Part shown: positions 38,703-48,609 of the stretch, in pieces
How the letters are laid out: each line of letters begins with the position of its first letter
Numbering within the stretch: position 1 is the first letter of the stretch
Assembly (NCBI GenBank): GCA_016782645.1
Contig: JADHYC010000003.1
Span: forward strand, 2,819-66,818
Origin: Fidelibacterota bacterium
GTDB lineage: Bacteria > Fidelibacterota > UBA2242
Reading direction: 5' to 3'
DNA length: 64,000 bases
Notes under the pieces: generated by a model
Told to the model about the DNA's origin: nothing
Database searches by the model: none
The model's input: only the letters and a program-made list of their open reading frames with translations
Made by a program: the position numbers and the translations under genes

Positions 38703-39164
38703 TTACTTATTATCCAATATTTTAATAGGAAAGGAGATTGCTAATAATAGAAATCCTACAGGTAATATTATTTCTATAATCCAGGCTGGACAAAATCCAC
38801 CGATAATAGAATTGGTTTCCATTTCCAATTTAACGAAGGAGATAGAATACCATGTCATAATAATGCACATAAAGGATGCAAATATGCTAATAATCCAGCT
38901 TACAACTTTTTTAGGAGTCGAATTAAGATTACGTAATAGAATATCTATCGAGATGTGTTTTCCACGTAATGTAGTTAGAACAGCGCCGATGAATGTTATC
39001 CACAATACACCATTTCTCATGAGTTCTTCAACGGCGTTAAAGCCTATTGAAAAGAAATTTCGAAGTATGACTTGTAGAAATGAGAGCATTACTAAAGACA
39101 GCATTACAAAAACTGCCATGGCAGTAGTTATTTTTTCGATGGCTATACGGATTTTATGAACCAT
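38703..39164 (-). CDS. dctQ: TRAP transporter small permease subunit
   Basis: ~150 aa, four TM helices; overlaps dctP stop. Confidence 0.75.
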   Translation of the reverse strand: MVHKIRIAIEKITTAMAVFVMLSLVMLSFLQVILRNFFSIGFNAVEELMRNGVLWITFIGAVLTTLRGKHISIDILLRNLNSTPKKVVSWIISIFASFMCIIMTWYSISFVKLEMETNSIIGGFCPAWIIEIILPVGFLLLAISFPIKILDNK

Positions 39165-40164
39165 GTAAAGACCGGTATTCTTTTAATAGGGATAGAACCT
39201 TGTCTAAAAGTTCCTGGGAATAAAGTTTTCCAACTAATTTTTCACGGATTGTTCGACCTGCTTCATCGAATTCAGCCATTGTTTTGGAATCTTTTACAGA
39301 TGAGAGTATTATGCCAGACTCCTGTAAGACTTTGATGGATTCTTCGTTTTCTATTCTACTTTGTAAAACGATTTTGCGCATATTTTCTTTTGTTTTTACT
39401 ATAAAAATTTCACGGATGTCTTCTGGCATAGAACTTAACATTTTTGTTGTTATAAGAACAGCACCGACAGAATTAGTTAGCGGGTAATCCATCATATAGT
39501 TAGTTTTAGTAAACCACTGTAATGCAAGTACACCATAAGGAGATATGTAGACACCGTTTATTAAACCGGTTTGTAGAGAAGTATGTACATCTGTAACGTC
39601 TAATGGGATTGAGGGGATATTCATAACCTTAAAAGTAGTACGAGCAAGAGGATCACCTTTCCAGAGCCACATCTTTACTTTACTGAAATCTTCCAAACAG
39701 TTGACAGGTGTTTTTGTAAAAAGATATATAAAGCCTACCTCAGCCCACCCGGCAAGGAGAAAACCTTTTTTAGTGAATCGTTTTTGGAATTCTTCAAAGA
39801 GAGCATTGTAAACATAATCAACCTCATCGCTGTTTCTAAAGAGGAATGGGAGGTCAAAGATACGAATTTCGGGGACGATTTCACCTAAGCCAACTCCGGT
39901 GAAGGCACCCGAGTGAATCTGACCTAATCTCATTTTTCGGAGGACGTCTTTTTCTCCGCCCATAACGCCATTTGGATAAACTCGAAATTTTATTTGACCA
40001 TTAGTTAATTCTATAATCTCTTTTTCAAAGTTGCGCATTTCATTCATCCAGCTGGACCCCTCAGGAGCAACAGTTGCCATTTTTATTATATATGTTTTTT
40101 GAGATAGTAATGTAGAAGAAGCGAGCAGTAAAGCCATAAATAAAACCTGACGAATCGTTTTCAT
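39154..40164 (-). CDS. dctP: TRAP transporter substrate-binding protein (DctP family)
   Basis: Signal peptide, DctP-family pattern. Start taken at the internal ATG 40164 preceded by the AGGTGA SD. The ORF is open to 40212. Confidence 0.85.
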   Translation of the reverse strand: MKTIRQVLFMALLLASSTLLSQKTYIIKMATVAPEGSSWMNEMRNFEKEIIELTNGQIKFRVYPNGVMGGEKDVLRKMRLGQIHSGAFTGVGLGEIVPEIRIFDLPFLFRNSDEVDYVYNALFEEFQKRFTKKGFLLAGWAEVGFIYLFTKTPVNCLEDFSKVKMWLWKGDPLARTTFKVMNIPSIPLDVTDVHTSLQTGLINGVYISPYGVLALQWFTKTNYMMDYPLTNSVGAVLITTKMLSSMPEDIREIFIVKTKENMRKIVLQSRIENEESIKVLQESGIILSSVKDSKTMAEFDEAGRTIREKLVGKLYSQELLDKVLSLLKEYRSLHGS

Positions 40165-40279
40165 ATTGTTCACCTCATATTTTACTGATTGATTATTCAT
40201 ACAATAAACCAATTTTTTCTAAAAGGATGTCTTTGACAAGCAAAGCCAAATAGGTTTTAACTCTCAATTTGTAATGTCT

Positions 40280-41221
40280 TCAATCCTCAGGAAACCAGTA
40301 CAAGTCTTCATCTTTTTTCAGTTTCAATGCCTTTCTTTTTGCAATCTCGTTCATTAATCGAATTTCTGGATATTTCTCAATGTCTGTTTCTAAGACCTCT
40401 TTTAATAATTGATCAAACAATTCTTTATCCTGGATTTGAAATGCATAATAACGGGCATAAAATACTTTTGCCAGTAGAAATTTATTGTCATTTAGTTCCA
40501 TATTTTTCAGGAAATGTTTGCGTCCAAGCTCTGGATTGCCACCTAATATTGGTGGTCTTGCAGCATAATAGCTGCCATAAAAAAGATGTACACCAGCAAA
40601 GTTGTATTTTTCATTCAGTTCCAGAACTCGCCGCATAATCATTTCAACTTTGGAGAGATTGACTAACGTTTTAGGATCACTAAGATGATGCAAAATATAG
40701 GAACCCCAGTTATATCCAAGCCAGAAAAGTGCTGGAACATCTTTTTGGTTATACAAAGGCAGCAATTTTTCTAAGTCTGACGGAATTATTCTTTCATTAA
40801 AACGTTTTTTCTCGGGTAATGCACGAAAGGAATATTTTAATCCTCGAAGGTAAAATCTGGATGCTCTCTCAGGATCATTATCCTCAATAAATGCCATCGC
40901 AAAGGCTCCAAAACTTTGTGCGGCTAATAAATTCAATCGAGGGTTATCCGGGTCTCTCGAAAGCAGTATTTCTATAGTTTTCAAATTGCTGGCAAGGAAT
41001 TGCTCTGCTAATTTCAGGTCTTCTTCTTCATAAACTGCTGAAATTCCACTTTCTATAAAATTTGATGCGGAATTCATTACAAATCTATTTAGACTACAGC
41101 TATTCAGGAGAAGCAGGGAAAAAATAGTAAAATGTAAAATATAAAACGTGAAACGTGATTTACAATTTGCAATTTGCAATTTGAAATTTACAATTCGAAG
41201 CTTATGCCTGTAGATTATCAT
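40280..41221 (-). CDS. TatT-like TRAP transporter T-component (TPR-like helical lipoprotein); start uncertain
   Basis: Lipobox LLLNSC. All-helical ~300-aa protein adjacent to dctPQM, as in TPR-protein-associated TRAP transporters. The 5' end overlaps heptamer repeats, so the true start is probably downstream of 41221. Confidence 0.55.
   Translation of the reverse strand: MIIYRHKLRIVNFKLQIANCKSRFTFYILHFTIFSLLLLNSCSLNRFVMNSASNFIESGISAVYEEEDLKLAEQFLASNLKTIEILLSRDPDNPRLNLLAAQSFGAFAMAFIEDNDPERASRFYLRGLKYSFRALPEKKRFNERIIPSDLEKLLPLYNQKDVPALFWLGYNWGSYILHHLSDPKTLVNLSKVEMIMRRVLELNEKYNFAGVHLFYGSYYAARPPILGGNPELGRKHFLKNMELNDNKFLLAKVFYARYYAFQIQDKELFDQLLKEVLETDIEKYPEIRLMNEIAKRKALKLKKDEDLYWFPED
41144..41183. 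repeat. Tandem short repeats (AAACGTG)x2 and (CAATTTG)x3
   Basis: aaacgtgaaacgtga ... caatttgcaatttgcaatttg. Confidence 0.7.
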
Positions 41222-41252
41222 GTTTTTTTTCTTATTATTCCATCTTATTCTC

Positions 41253-42749
41253 TCATCTCGAATACTTATGTAGTTTTTGTTCTTCTTCGGAAGCTATGAT
41301 GATAGAAATACGTCCAACCCAGATTTCAAAATCAGATTTAATGGGAAGATATGCCGGAGCACCTCTAAGCCATCCTCGGAATTTACCTGTAAATCCGACG
41401 ATCCCTTTATAGTAGTTTTCACCAGAAATTAACTGCACTAGTTCTTCTTTACCTCTGCATATTACCGGTTCTCTTTTGTTTTCAAATATTATGTCAGAAA
41501 TTACGAAATTCTCATCAATGATTGTCATAACCCGTTCATTTCTTTGTTCTTTTACAAGCTGGCGGGAATAAAAAAGTATAGAGGTTGCATCTATTGTATT
41601 ATTAGGTAAATATTTTTCTAAGTATTCAATATGGCCGTCTTCCCTCACTGCTCTGCAAATAAATTTTCCTTCTTCTCTGTAGAAATCGTATACTTTTTCA
41701 CATATAATCTTATTTTCTCGTAAATGAAGGAAATGTTGAAGAACTTGTTTTGTATTTTGATTGATAATTGTGATGTAATCACTGTGTAGAGATGCAATGA
41801 ATTCTAGAGCAGGATTAGAGTCAAGACTGAAAATTACTTTATATGCATCATGACCTTTGAAGGAAAGTGTTTCTGCAATAACAGTGTTCAATTCGCCGAC
41901 TTTAATTGGTCCCCAATGAACATTATATAGAACATTTTCTCCGATAGGGAAAAACCTGTTTGAAGAATCTCTATAAGGGATAGGATAAAAATCGTGTGTA
42001 TATGGATTTCCTATATTTCTTTCTTGAATCCATTTAATTACCCTGGAAGTTTCCGGGTGATTCGGAAACAGATAAGCAAAAATTCCGTTGTATTTCTCAG
42101 CCTCCTTATAATTTTCAGTTTTAATATTAACGTCAGCGAGTAATAGTAATATTTCAGCATCGTAGGAATATTTTAAGCCCTTTTCAAGAATTTTAATTGC
42201 TTCATTGTATTTACATTGTTTGATATAGATATCACCAATTATGGGATATGGTAGAGTAAATTTTTTATTATCTGAAATAGCATCTTTGAGATAGTCAAGG
42301 GATTCTTCATATTTTTTTCTTTCATAAAGGTACAATCCAAGGTAATACTCGGGAATTTCAGAATTTGAGTGATGTTTAATTGCTGCCTTAAGATATTTAA
42401 AGCTATTCTTCAGATTTCTCCGCTTATATTCAATCATTCCTTTTAGTAAAAGAGTAGGGCCATATTTATGGTTATTTTTAAGAGAAACATTAATATAAAG
42501 GTCTGCATCCATATATTTTCCTTCAAGAAAATACAAGAAAGCGGCGTTATGGGCAGAAACTTCCTTTTGTTCTGAAGAGTTAATTTCTTCAATATACAAT
42601 ATTTTTGCTGTTTCTCTCTGATTTAGCAGCCATGACTTTTGAGCTTCTGTTAGATTTGCTAAAGGAGTGTCAACGATTGAGCTGAAGAGGGAAATAGGGG
42701 AGATTAAGGTAGAGGTTATTAATAATTTTAGTAATAAAAATTTTTTCAT
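41253..42749 (-). CDS. TPR-repeat protein with signal peptide and C-terminal domain of unknown function
   Basis: N-terminal signal peptide. Multiple TPR-like repeats (AAFLYFLEGKY..., YYLGLYLYERKKYEES..., IIGDIYIKQCKYNEAIKILEKGL). Confidence 0.6.
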   Translation of the reverse strand: MKKFLLLKLLITSTLISPISLFSSIVDTPLANLTEAQKSWLLNQRETAKILYIEEINSSEQKEVSAHNAAFLYFLEGKYMDADLYINVSLKNNHKYGPTLLLKGMIEYKRRNLKNSFKYLKAAIKHHSNSEIPEYYLGLYLYERKKYEESLDYLKDAISDNKKFTLPYPIIGDIYIKQCKYNEAIKILEKGLKYSYDAEILLLLADVNIKTENYKEAEKYNGIFAYLFPNHPETSRVIKWIQERNIGNPYTHDFYPIPYRDSSNRFFPIGENVLYNVHWGPIKVGELNTVIAETLSFKGHDAYKVIFSLDSNPALEFIASLHSDYITIINQNTKQVLQHFLHLRENKIICEKVYDFYREEGKFICRAVREDGHIEYLEKYLPNNTIDATSILFYSRQLVKEQRNERVMTIIDENFVISDIIFENKREPVICRGKEELVQLISGENYYKGIVGFTGKFRGWLRGAPAYLPIKSDFEIWVGRISIIIASEEEQKLHKYSR

Positions 42750-42855
42750 AAATTAAACTGATTTTTACAAGTGAAATTTATATCCTTAACATTGAAAATC
42801 AAACCTTTTACAGGTGATTATTTAAATGCGGATATAAAAAAATGGGTTTTTAGAT

Positions 42856-43419
42856 ATGCGAAGAAAAATTTTAATTATTGTATCGAGAGTGATGAGGATA
42901 GTCATTGTATCCTGTGTTATTGCCCTAGTTTTTAATTCATTTTCTCCTAAAGGCATACCGTTGATAACAAGGTATCGGAAAATCACTATTAGAGGAAATG
43001 AATTAAAAGTTCCTATTTTTATTGTGAATTCGGATAGAAATTTTGATAATAAAAATCGCCAATTTGGTTTTGCTATGCATCCTGCAGAGGAAATTAATCT
43101 TAAAGATGCATTTAAATGTTTTGCAAATGGTACTGCGATATTTATTGACACAAGGACCTCTGATAGATATAGATTGGGGCATATTCCTGGAGCAATATCT
43201 CTTCCGATAGAGGAATTAAGTTTTGAAGAATTTTCATTAGAGAATCTTGGTTTAGATCAGAAAATTGTTACTTATTGCGATGGTGAAGAGTGTTCTGAAA
43301 GTATTGATCTTGCATTATATCTGGAAGAAATTGGATTTTCTAATATTTACTTTTTCATAAGTGGTTGGCAGGAGTGGAAGAACGCCGGTTATCAGAGTTC
43401 GGAGGGGGATAAGCCATGA
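42856..43419 (+). CDS. Rhodanese-like sulfurtransferase domain protein, membrane-anchored
   Basis: N-terminal TM. Rhodanese fold with active-site loop VTYCDGEECSES. The stop overlaps the downstream MauE gene start. Confidence 0.8.
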   Translation: MRRKILIIVSRVMRIVIVSCVIALVFNSFSPKGIPLITRYRKITIRGNELKVPIFIVNSDRNFDNKNRQFGFAMHPAEEINLKDAFKCFANGTAIFIDTRTSDRYRLGHIPGAISLPIEELSFEEFSLENLGLDQKIVTYCDGEECSESIDLALYLEEIGFSNIYFFISGWQEWKNAGYQSSEGDKP

Positions 43420-43859
43420 AAAGTAATAAATTTATTTTAATTATTACGTATGCTGTCCGCTTTATATTGGGTTTTCTTTTCCTTTATGCTTCAATCGATA
43501 AGATGATTAATCCAGCAAGATTTGCAGAAGTTGTTTATCACTATCGTGTTTTACCGATTGAATTGCTGAATATAGTTGCTTTATTAGTTCCCTGGATAGA
43601 AGCAGTGCTTGGTGTGACTTTATTATTAGGTATTTGGGTAGAGACATCAGCATTTATATTGAGCAGCATAACATTATTTTTTATCGTGTTAATGATTAGC
43701 GCGATTGCGAGAGGTTTAAATATCGAGTGTGGATGTTTTACACTTGATCCTGAGGGTTCATTAGTAAGCTGGAAGCGTGTTATTGAAGATTTCTTTATAT
43801 TTGCTGGTAGTATGTTTTTGTTTTTTAGGGCTACGGGTAGAAAGCAATTGGAAAAATGA
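43416..43859 (+). CDS. MauE/DoxX family membrane protein
   Basis: Four TM helices. FLYASIDKMINPARFAEVVYHYRVLP and CGCF are typical of MauE (methylamine utilisation)/DoxX. Confidence 0.7.
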   Translation: MKSNKFILIITYAVRFILGFLFLYASIDKMINPARFAEVVYHYRVLPIELLNIVALLVPWIEAVLGVTLLLGIWVETSAFILSSITLFFIVLMISAIARGLNIECGCFTLDPEGSLVSWKRVIEDFFIFAGSMFLFFRATGRKQLEK

Positions 43860-43884
43860 TTTCAATCTGCTTAGAAACTACTTC

Positions 43885-44700
43885 CTTGATATATTTATTA
43901 TCATTTTTTCAAAAGGTTCAAAATATGTTCTTGTTGTAATAAAATAAGGTCTGCCTCACTTTCAATGAATGGCTTCACATCTTCTTTAATACGATTCCGA
44001 CTTAACGATTTAATTTTTTACAAATTTCCACCAGTTATTTTTTGTAAGATATGAAAGACTACTATCAGTTTGTTGAATTGTATTGTTTAAGTAAGTGAAA
44101 TTTGGTTGGATATCTTGCCAATGGTTGAGGTAGAATGCAAGATCATATAGATCACGACCTTTAGGATAACTTCTGCAGAGAATAGCGTGTAATTTACAAA
44201 AAAAAAGTTGGCAAGTCATGATGCCTTACAGCAAACGGAAAATACTTGTTAATCAGTGTTGTCTCAGTTTGAAATCCTTCAGGAGGATTAGTGTCAATCT
44301 CAATCTTAACATTCAATTTTTCATTTTTATTTGGTGATAATCCGGCATCATAAAGAAGCCTCTCAAATTTGATAAAGACTGATTGGACTATCTTTTCTAC
44401 CTGCTTTTTGAGTGAGATTTGATAACCTGCTAGTTCCAAGCCTTGCTTAAGTGAGTCTAACTCTTTTATAGTAATACTTTTAGAGTTTTGATATTCTAGA
44501 TGAAAATCAAGATCCTCCGAAAACCGATTTATTTTATGCAGAATTCTTAGAGCTGTTCCACCGTGAAAAATTAATCTATTCAATAAATTTTGTTCAAATA
44601 GTCTTCTAAGAATAACATGCTGGAGATATTCACGAAGTTTATTTCTTGCCAGTCTCTGATTTGATTCATTTTTAATAACTTGTAGTGCTTTGTCCCTTAT
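43885..44700 (-). pseudogene. AbiEii/AbiGii-family nucleotidyltransferase toxin, disrupted by at least two frameshifts
   Basis: Three consecutive frames carry family segments. Frame a has RELLIRDKALQ...LREYLQHVILRRLFEQNLLNRLIFHGGTALRILH...RFSEDLDFHLEY. Frame b has ...YPKGRDLYDLAFYL. Frame c has KEDVKPFIESEADLILLQQEHILNLLKK. Confidence 0.65.
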
Positions 44701-44852
44701 AAGTAATTCTCGCTAAATTATTCAGGTAAAATGTTTTTAAGCAAATTATGAACTGCTCGTTGGATTTTTTTTGATTTCATTCGTTCTGTGAATTCTTCCA
44801 ATTTGTTAATATTAAGAATATCAAGATTCTGAAACCGCATTTCCTTTAATCG

Positions 44853-45215
44853 TTAGGGTGTCCACTCACCTTTTTGAAAGTAAAAAAGGTCTATTAATGC
44901 TTTTTCAGGAGCTGCGATGAAAAATTGCTGCTGAGGATTTAATCTTATTCCGCTTTTGAAGTATTCACGATATCCCCAGAATCTAACATGATGAATTGAA
45001 AAGTATTTGAAGATACCAATCTTCGTTTGCCAGGAAGCAGTTTGTCGTGTTGTTACAGATTCTAGTACCTTCACAGATTCTGGAATTAGTCCATAAAAGT
45101 CCAACGCTGTATGCAAACTTATATAAGAAGGTCGATAAAGGTAGTTTGCGATGAATCCTTCAGAACTCTCTTTTTTTTGGTATGTTTCAGGAATAAGGTA
45201 CTTCCCCCTACGAAG
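44853..45215 (-). pseudogene. AbiEi antitoxin remnant (C-terminal domain only; N-terminal wHTH missing, internal stop before the toxin)
   Basis: ...RRGKYLIPETYQKKESSEGFIANYLYRPSYISLHTALDFYGLIPESV...FWGY...EKALIDLFYF matches the AbiEi C-terminal domain. The frame abuts the Hsp20 terminator, leaving no room for the N-terminal domain. Confidence 0.55.
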
Positions 45216-45310
45216 CTGTATTAGTTTATTATTATTTACACATCGAGATAATCTTGCATTAGAAGTCGGTCGTGACGTTTATAAATTTCAAATTTTTATT
45301 TTGATAAATA

Positions 45311-45342
45311 AAAAGCCCCGGATTAACACGGGGCTTTTTCAT
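45311..45342. terminator. Bidirectional rho-independent terminator
   Basis: aaaaaGCCCCGgattaacaCGGGGCttttt: 6-bp GC stem with A-run 5' and T-run 3', immediately downstream of the hsp20 stop. Confidence 0.65.
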
Positions 45343-45358
45343 TTTTCTTCAGTAGGTT

Positions 45359-45787
45359 TTATTTGACCTTAATTTCGATCTGTTTGGAAACTGCTTCTTT
45401 CAGTTTAGGAATTACAATATTGAGCATTCCATCCTTAAATTCAGCTGAGACACTGTCCTGATTCACCATTTCCGGTAATCTGAAGCATCTTTGAAATGAC
45501 CCAAAGATTCTTTCGGTGCGATTATAATTCTTTTCCTTTACCTTTGTGTCCTGTTTCTTTTCACCAGAGATTGACAAAAGATTATCTTTGATATTAACTT
45601 TTACATCTTCCTTTTTAATGCCCGGTAATTCAACTCCCACGTTAAATTCCTTATCATTTTCTTCAATATCAACTACAGGTTTGAAGGTAGAAAGAGAACT
45701 TTCTTCCTCATAAGTAGGGCTGAAAAACAAATTAAAAAGTCGATCATGTTCATCATGATAACCTGCTAAGAGCTTCTTGGAATCCAT
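45359..45787 (-). CDS. Hsp20/alpha-crystallin family small heat-shock protein
   Basis: Alpha-crystallin domain (FKPVVDIEENDKEFNVGVELPGIKKEDVKV...LSISGEKK). Confidence 0.9.
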   Translation of the reverse strand: MDSKKLLAGYHDEHDRLFNLFFSPTYEEESSLSTFKPVVDIEENDKEFNVGVELPGIKKEDVKVNIKDNLLSISGEKKQDTKVKEKNYNRTERIFGSFQRCFRLPEMVNQDSVSAEFKDGMLNIVIPKLKEAVSKQIEIKVK

Positions 45788-46153
45788 CTTGTTAATGTCA
45801 AGGCTTTTCCTCCTATTTTATTTTTCCTTTTTTAAAAACCAATCTTTAATAAGACAATAGCTGTGCCTGAATTGCAATTATCTATTTTTTGGCAGAGCCT
45901 ATGAAATAGTGTCTTTTGAAGATTGACTATGTGTCTTTGTTGTGCTATCTTGGCAATAAGTAAAAATATTTTTCCTGACATAAAGTCTTTTTCCAATTTA
46001 TTTTGCAAGTTGTTGAAGAGAATGTACTCTTGATTAATATCCAAATCTTTAAAATATTAATTTGCTCAGTAAGACAATATCAAATGTTCGTATTCTTGAC
46101 TATCTTTGGCATGTTAGGTAAATTCACTAGTCAATAATATTGAAAGATGTTCT

Positions 46154-46531
46154 ATGGGTAGAGTTAAATTAAAAAACATGGTTTTTTATGGGTATCATGG
46201 AGTAGTCGAACAAGAAAAGGTATTGGGTGGAAAATATGAAGTGGATATTGAATTCGAATTTGACATGACTTCCGCTATTAAAACTGACCATTTACGTGAT
46301 ACTATTAGTTATGAGGAGATTTATCAGTTAGTTCAGGATATTGTGACGCATTCAAAGTTTCACCTTATTGAAGCGTTAGCTGGTAAACTTCTTCGTGTTA
46401 TTTTTAATACTTATCCTGTTGATCTTGTTCTCGTAAGGATTAGGAAACCGAATGCTCCAGTTAAAGGTGTTCTCGATACTGTGGAAGTTGAAATTTCAAG
46501 AACCCGCGAAGAGATGAGGAAATTACTTTGA
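46154..46531 (+). CDS. folB: Dihydroneopterin aldolase
   Basis: MVFYGYHGVVEQEKVLGGKYEVDIEF...; ~120 aa FolB pattern. Confidence 0.85.
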   Translation: MGRVKLKNMVFYGYHGVVEQEKVLGGKYEVDIEFEFDMTSAIKTDHLRDTISYEEIYQLVQDIVTHSKFHLIEALAGKLLRVIFNTYPVDLVLVRIRKPNAPVKGVLDTVEVEISRTREEMRKLL

Positions 46532-47040
46532 AGCATCCCTGTGTGTTTTTAGGTTTAGGCTCAAATATCGGAGATCGTAAAAAATATCTCTTTAGAGCAA
46601 TAGAAGAATTATGCAGGTCCGATAAAATAAGTCAATTAAACACTTCATCGATTTATGAAACTGAACCTTTATATAATCCTGATCAAAAATACTTTTTTAA
46701 TATGGTAGTAGAAATTGGAACAGATTATGAGCCGTTGGAGCTGCTTCACTATTGCAAAAAGATTGAATTAAAAATAGGAAGAAGATTTAACACTCCAAGA
46801 AATAGTCCTAGGAAAATTGACATAGACATTGAATTTTTTCATCATAAACTTGTTAACATAGAAGAACTAGTAATTCCTCATCCTCATTTATACGAAAGAC
46901 GTTTTGTTTTAGAGCCTCTATCTGAAATTGCTCCAAAATTTATATGCCCAAAGACTGGGAAGAATGTTTCACAATTATTTAAAGAGTGTCAGGATATCGG
47001 TTATGTTAATAAATTTGAAGAAAAGATAATATCAAAATAA
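46528..47040 (+). CDS. folK: 2-amino-4-hydroxy-6-hydroxymethyldihydropteridine diphosphokinase (HPPK)
   Basis: VFLGLGSNIGDR...PRKIDIDI...; overlaps folB stop. Confidence 0.85.
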   Translation: MKHPCVFLGLGSNIGDRKKYLFRAIEELCRSDKISQLNTSSIYETEPLYNPDQKYFFNMVVEIGTDYEPLELLHYCKKIELKIGRRFNTPRNSPRKIDIDIEFFHHKLVNIEELVIPHPHLYERRFVLEPLSEIAPKFICPKTGKNVSQLFKECQDIGYVNKFEEKIISK

Positions 47041-47059
47041 GAAAAGGTGATTAAAAAGT

Positions 47060-47704
47060 ATGAAAAACCTCTATTATATTGCTATTGAAGGTGTTATCGG
47101 TGTTGGGAAAACCTGTTTAGCGGAAATGTTAACCGAAAAGCTTTCTGCCAAACTGGTGGTTGAAAAATTTGAGGAAAATCCGTTTCTTGAAGATTTTTAC
47201 GCTGAACCAGAAAGATATGCTTTTCAAACACAGCTGTATTTTCTTCTTAGCAGATATAGGCAGCAGCTAGAGCTGAAGCAAATAGATCTTTTCCATAATT
47301 TGCTCATTAGCGATTATATGTTCGCAAAGGATAAACTTTTTGCTCATTTAAATCTTAACGAAAAAGAATTAATACTTTACAATTTAATTGCAAAATTACT
47401 CGAGAGAGAAATACCAAAACCTGATTTAGTAGTTTTTCTGCAAGCAAGTACGGATATACTGATGGATAATATAAAAAAGAGAGGTAGAACTTATGAAAGG
47501 AGCATGTCTCACGAATATATTGAATCCTTGAATCAGATTTATAATGAATATTTTTTTAGATACAAAGATAGTCCATTGATTATTGTTAATACGAATGAAA
47601 TTGACTTTGTTCATAATGAGGGAGACCTTGATGAACTGTTACAGGTCATAAGGCAGCCCGTTTCAGGAACTCGATATTACAATCCTGAAAGAAAGTCTAA
47701 ATGA
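47060..47704 (+). CDS. Deoxynucleoside kinase (dCK/dGK family)
   Basis: P-loop IAIEGVIGVGKT; FEENPFLEDFY; ...FQTQLYFLLSRYRQ. Confidence 0.85.
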   Translation: MKNLYYIAIEGVIGVGKTCLAEMLTEKLSAKLVVEKFEENPFLEDFYAEPERYAFQTQLYFLLSRYRQQLELKQIDLFHNLLISDYMFAKDKLFAHLNLNEKELILYNLIAKLLEREIPKPDLVVFLQASTDILMDNIKKRGRTYERSMSHEYIESLNQIYNEYFFRYKDSPLIIVNTNEIDFVHNEGDLDELLQVIRQPVSGTRYYNPERKSK

Positions 47705-47901
47705 TAAAATTATTGTTCCAATTACTGCTTTTAATATTTTTGGGTAATTTAATATGGAAAATTATTAAAATGTATTTACCAAAAATTGAGAAAAAATCTG
47801 AAGTAAAAGGGAAAAAACCTGGTAAATCTTTTCATATTGATGAAAGCCAAATTGAAGATGCTAAATTCAAGGAAATTGATGAATCCGAAGATAAAACATG
47901 A
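47701..47901 (+). CDS. Small hypothetical membrane protein (66 aa)
   Basis: ATGA overlap with the upstream stop; one TM helix followed by a K/E-rich tail. Confidence 0.35.
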   Translation: MIKLLFQLLLLIFLGNLIWKIIKMYLPKIEKKSEVKGKKPGKSFHIDESQIEDAKFKEIDESEDKT

Positions 47902-47917
47902 GTAGCCATATTAAGGA

Positions 47918-48556
47918 TTGTTTACGAACCTTCAAAATATACAACCCAAAATAATATTTATTTTTACCATTGCTGGGTTTCTGCTTCTTACTTGCGGCAA
48001 GGTGAATATTGATGAGAACAAAGAGGGGTGGATGAACTTGATCTTAGAACATTTAAATCGATATCCTGAAATGGAAGTTCAAGACCTTTATAAGATTATT
48101 TATCAAGCAACACTTGGGCCGGCGCACTTGGGTACAAATGAGAAGATAATATTGAGTTATTTGAATAGAGAAATTGAATCTATTAATGCTGATCCTGAAA
48201 TTGATCTGGTAGAAAATATTTCACCATCGGGCAAGTATATTAGGATTAATCTGAAAAAATTTAAAAATAAAAGTGGGAATGTTAAACTCTTGGCAAATGT
48301 CATCGCTTTATCTGCAAAGGAAAAAGTTTTAAATATGGAAATTTTGAATAAACGGTGGAAGATGATTGCAAGAATTGTAGATTCAGGAGATTTGCTTTTT
48401 GATAAAGAAGAATTTCGACAGTTTAGCAATTTTATTATTTCTAATAAGTCTGAGATCCCTCATCATTCTAAAAAGTATCGTGAATGCTATTCTCCATCTT
48501 ACAGAGTTGTATTAAAAAACTATTGGGATGAAGTTGCCCGGGATGTTTTTGATTAG
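47918..48556 (+). CDS. Hypothetical lipoprotein
   Basis: Lipobox LLLTCGK; no recognised domain. Confidence 0.5.
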   Translation: MFTNLQNIQPKIIFIFTIAGFLLLTCGKVNIDENKEGWMNLILEHLNRYPEMEVQDLYKIIYQATLGPAHLGTNEKIILSYLNREIESINADPEIDLVENISPSGKYIRINLKKFKNKSGNVKLLANVIALSAKEKVLNMEILNKRWKMIARIVDSGDLLFDKEEFRQFSNFIISNKSEIPHHSKKYRECYSPSYRVVLKNYWDEVARDVFD

Positions 48557-48609
48557 GCATGGTCTATTTGTAAAAATTATTATGATAATATTTTTAAAGT
48601 TGTTTTACT

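Noticed and set aside
45832-46044. 70-aa ORF in the hsp20/folB divergent promoter region and a possible CIRCE heat-shock operator
   Set aside because: No TTAGCACTC-N9-GAGTGCTAA inverted repeat is present. The ORF has no SD and lies in an AT-rich promoter spacer.
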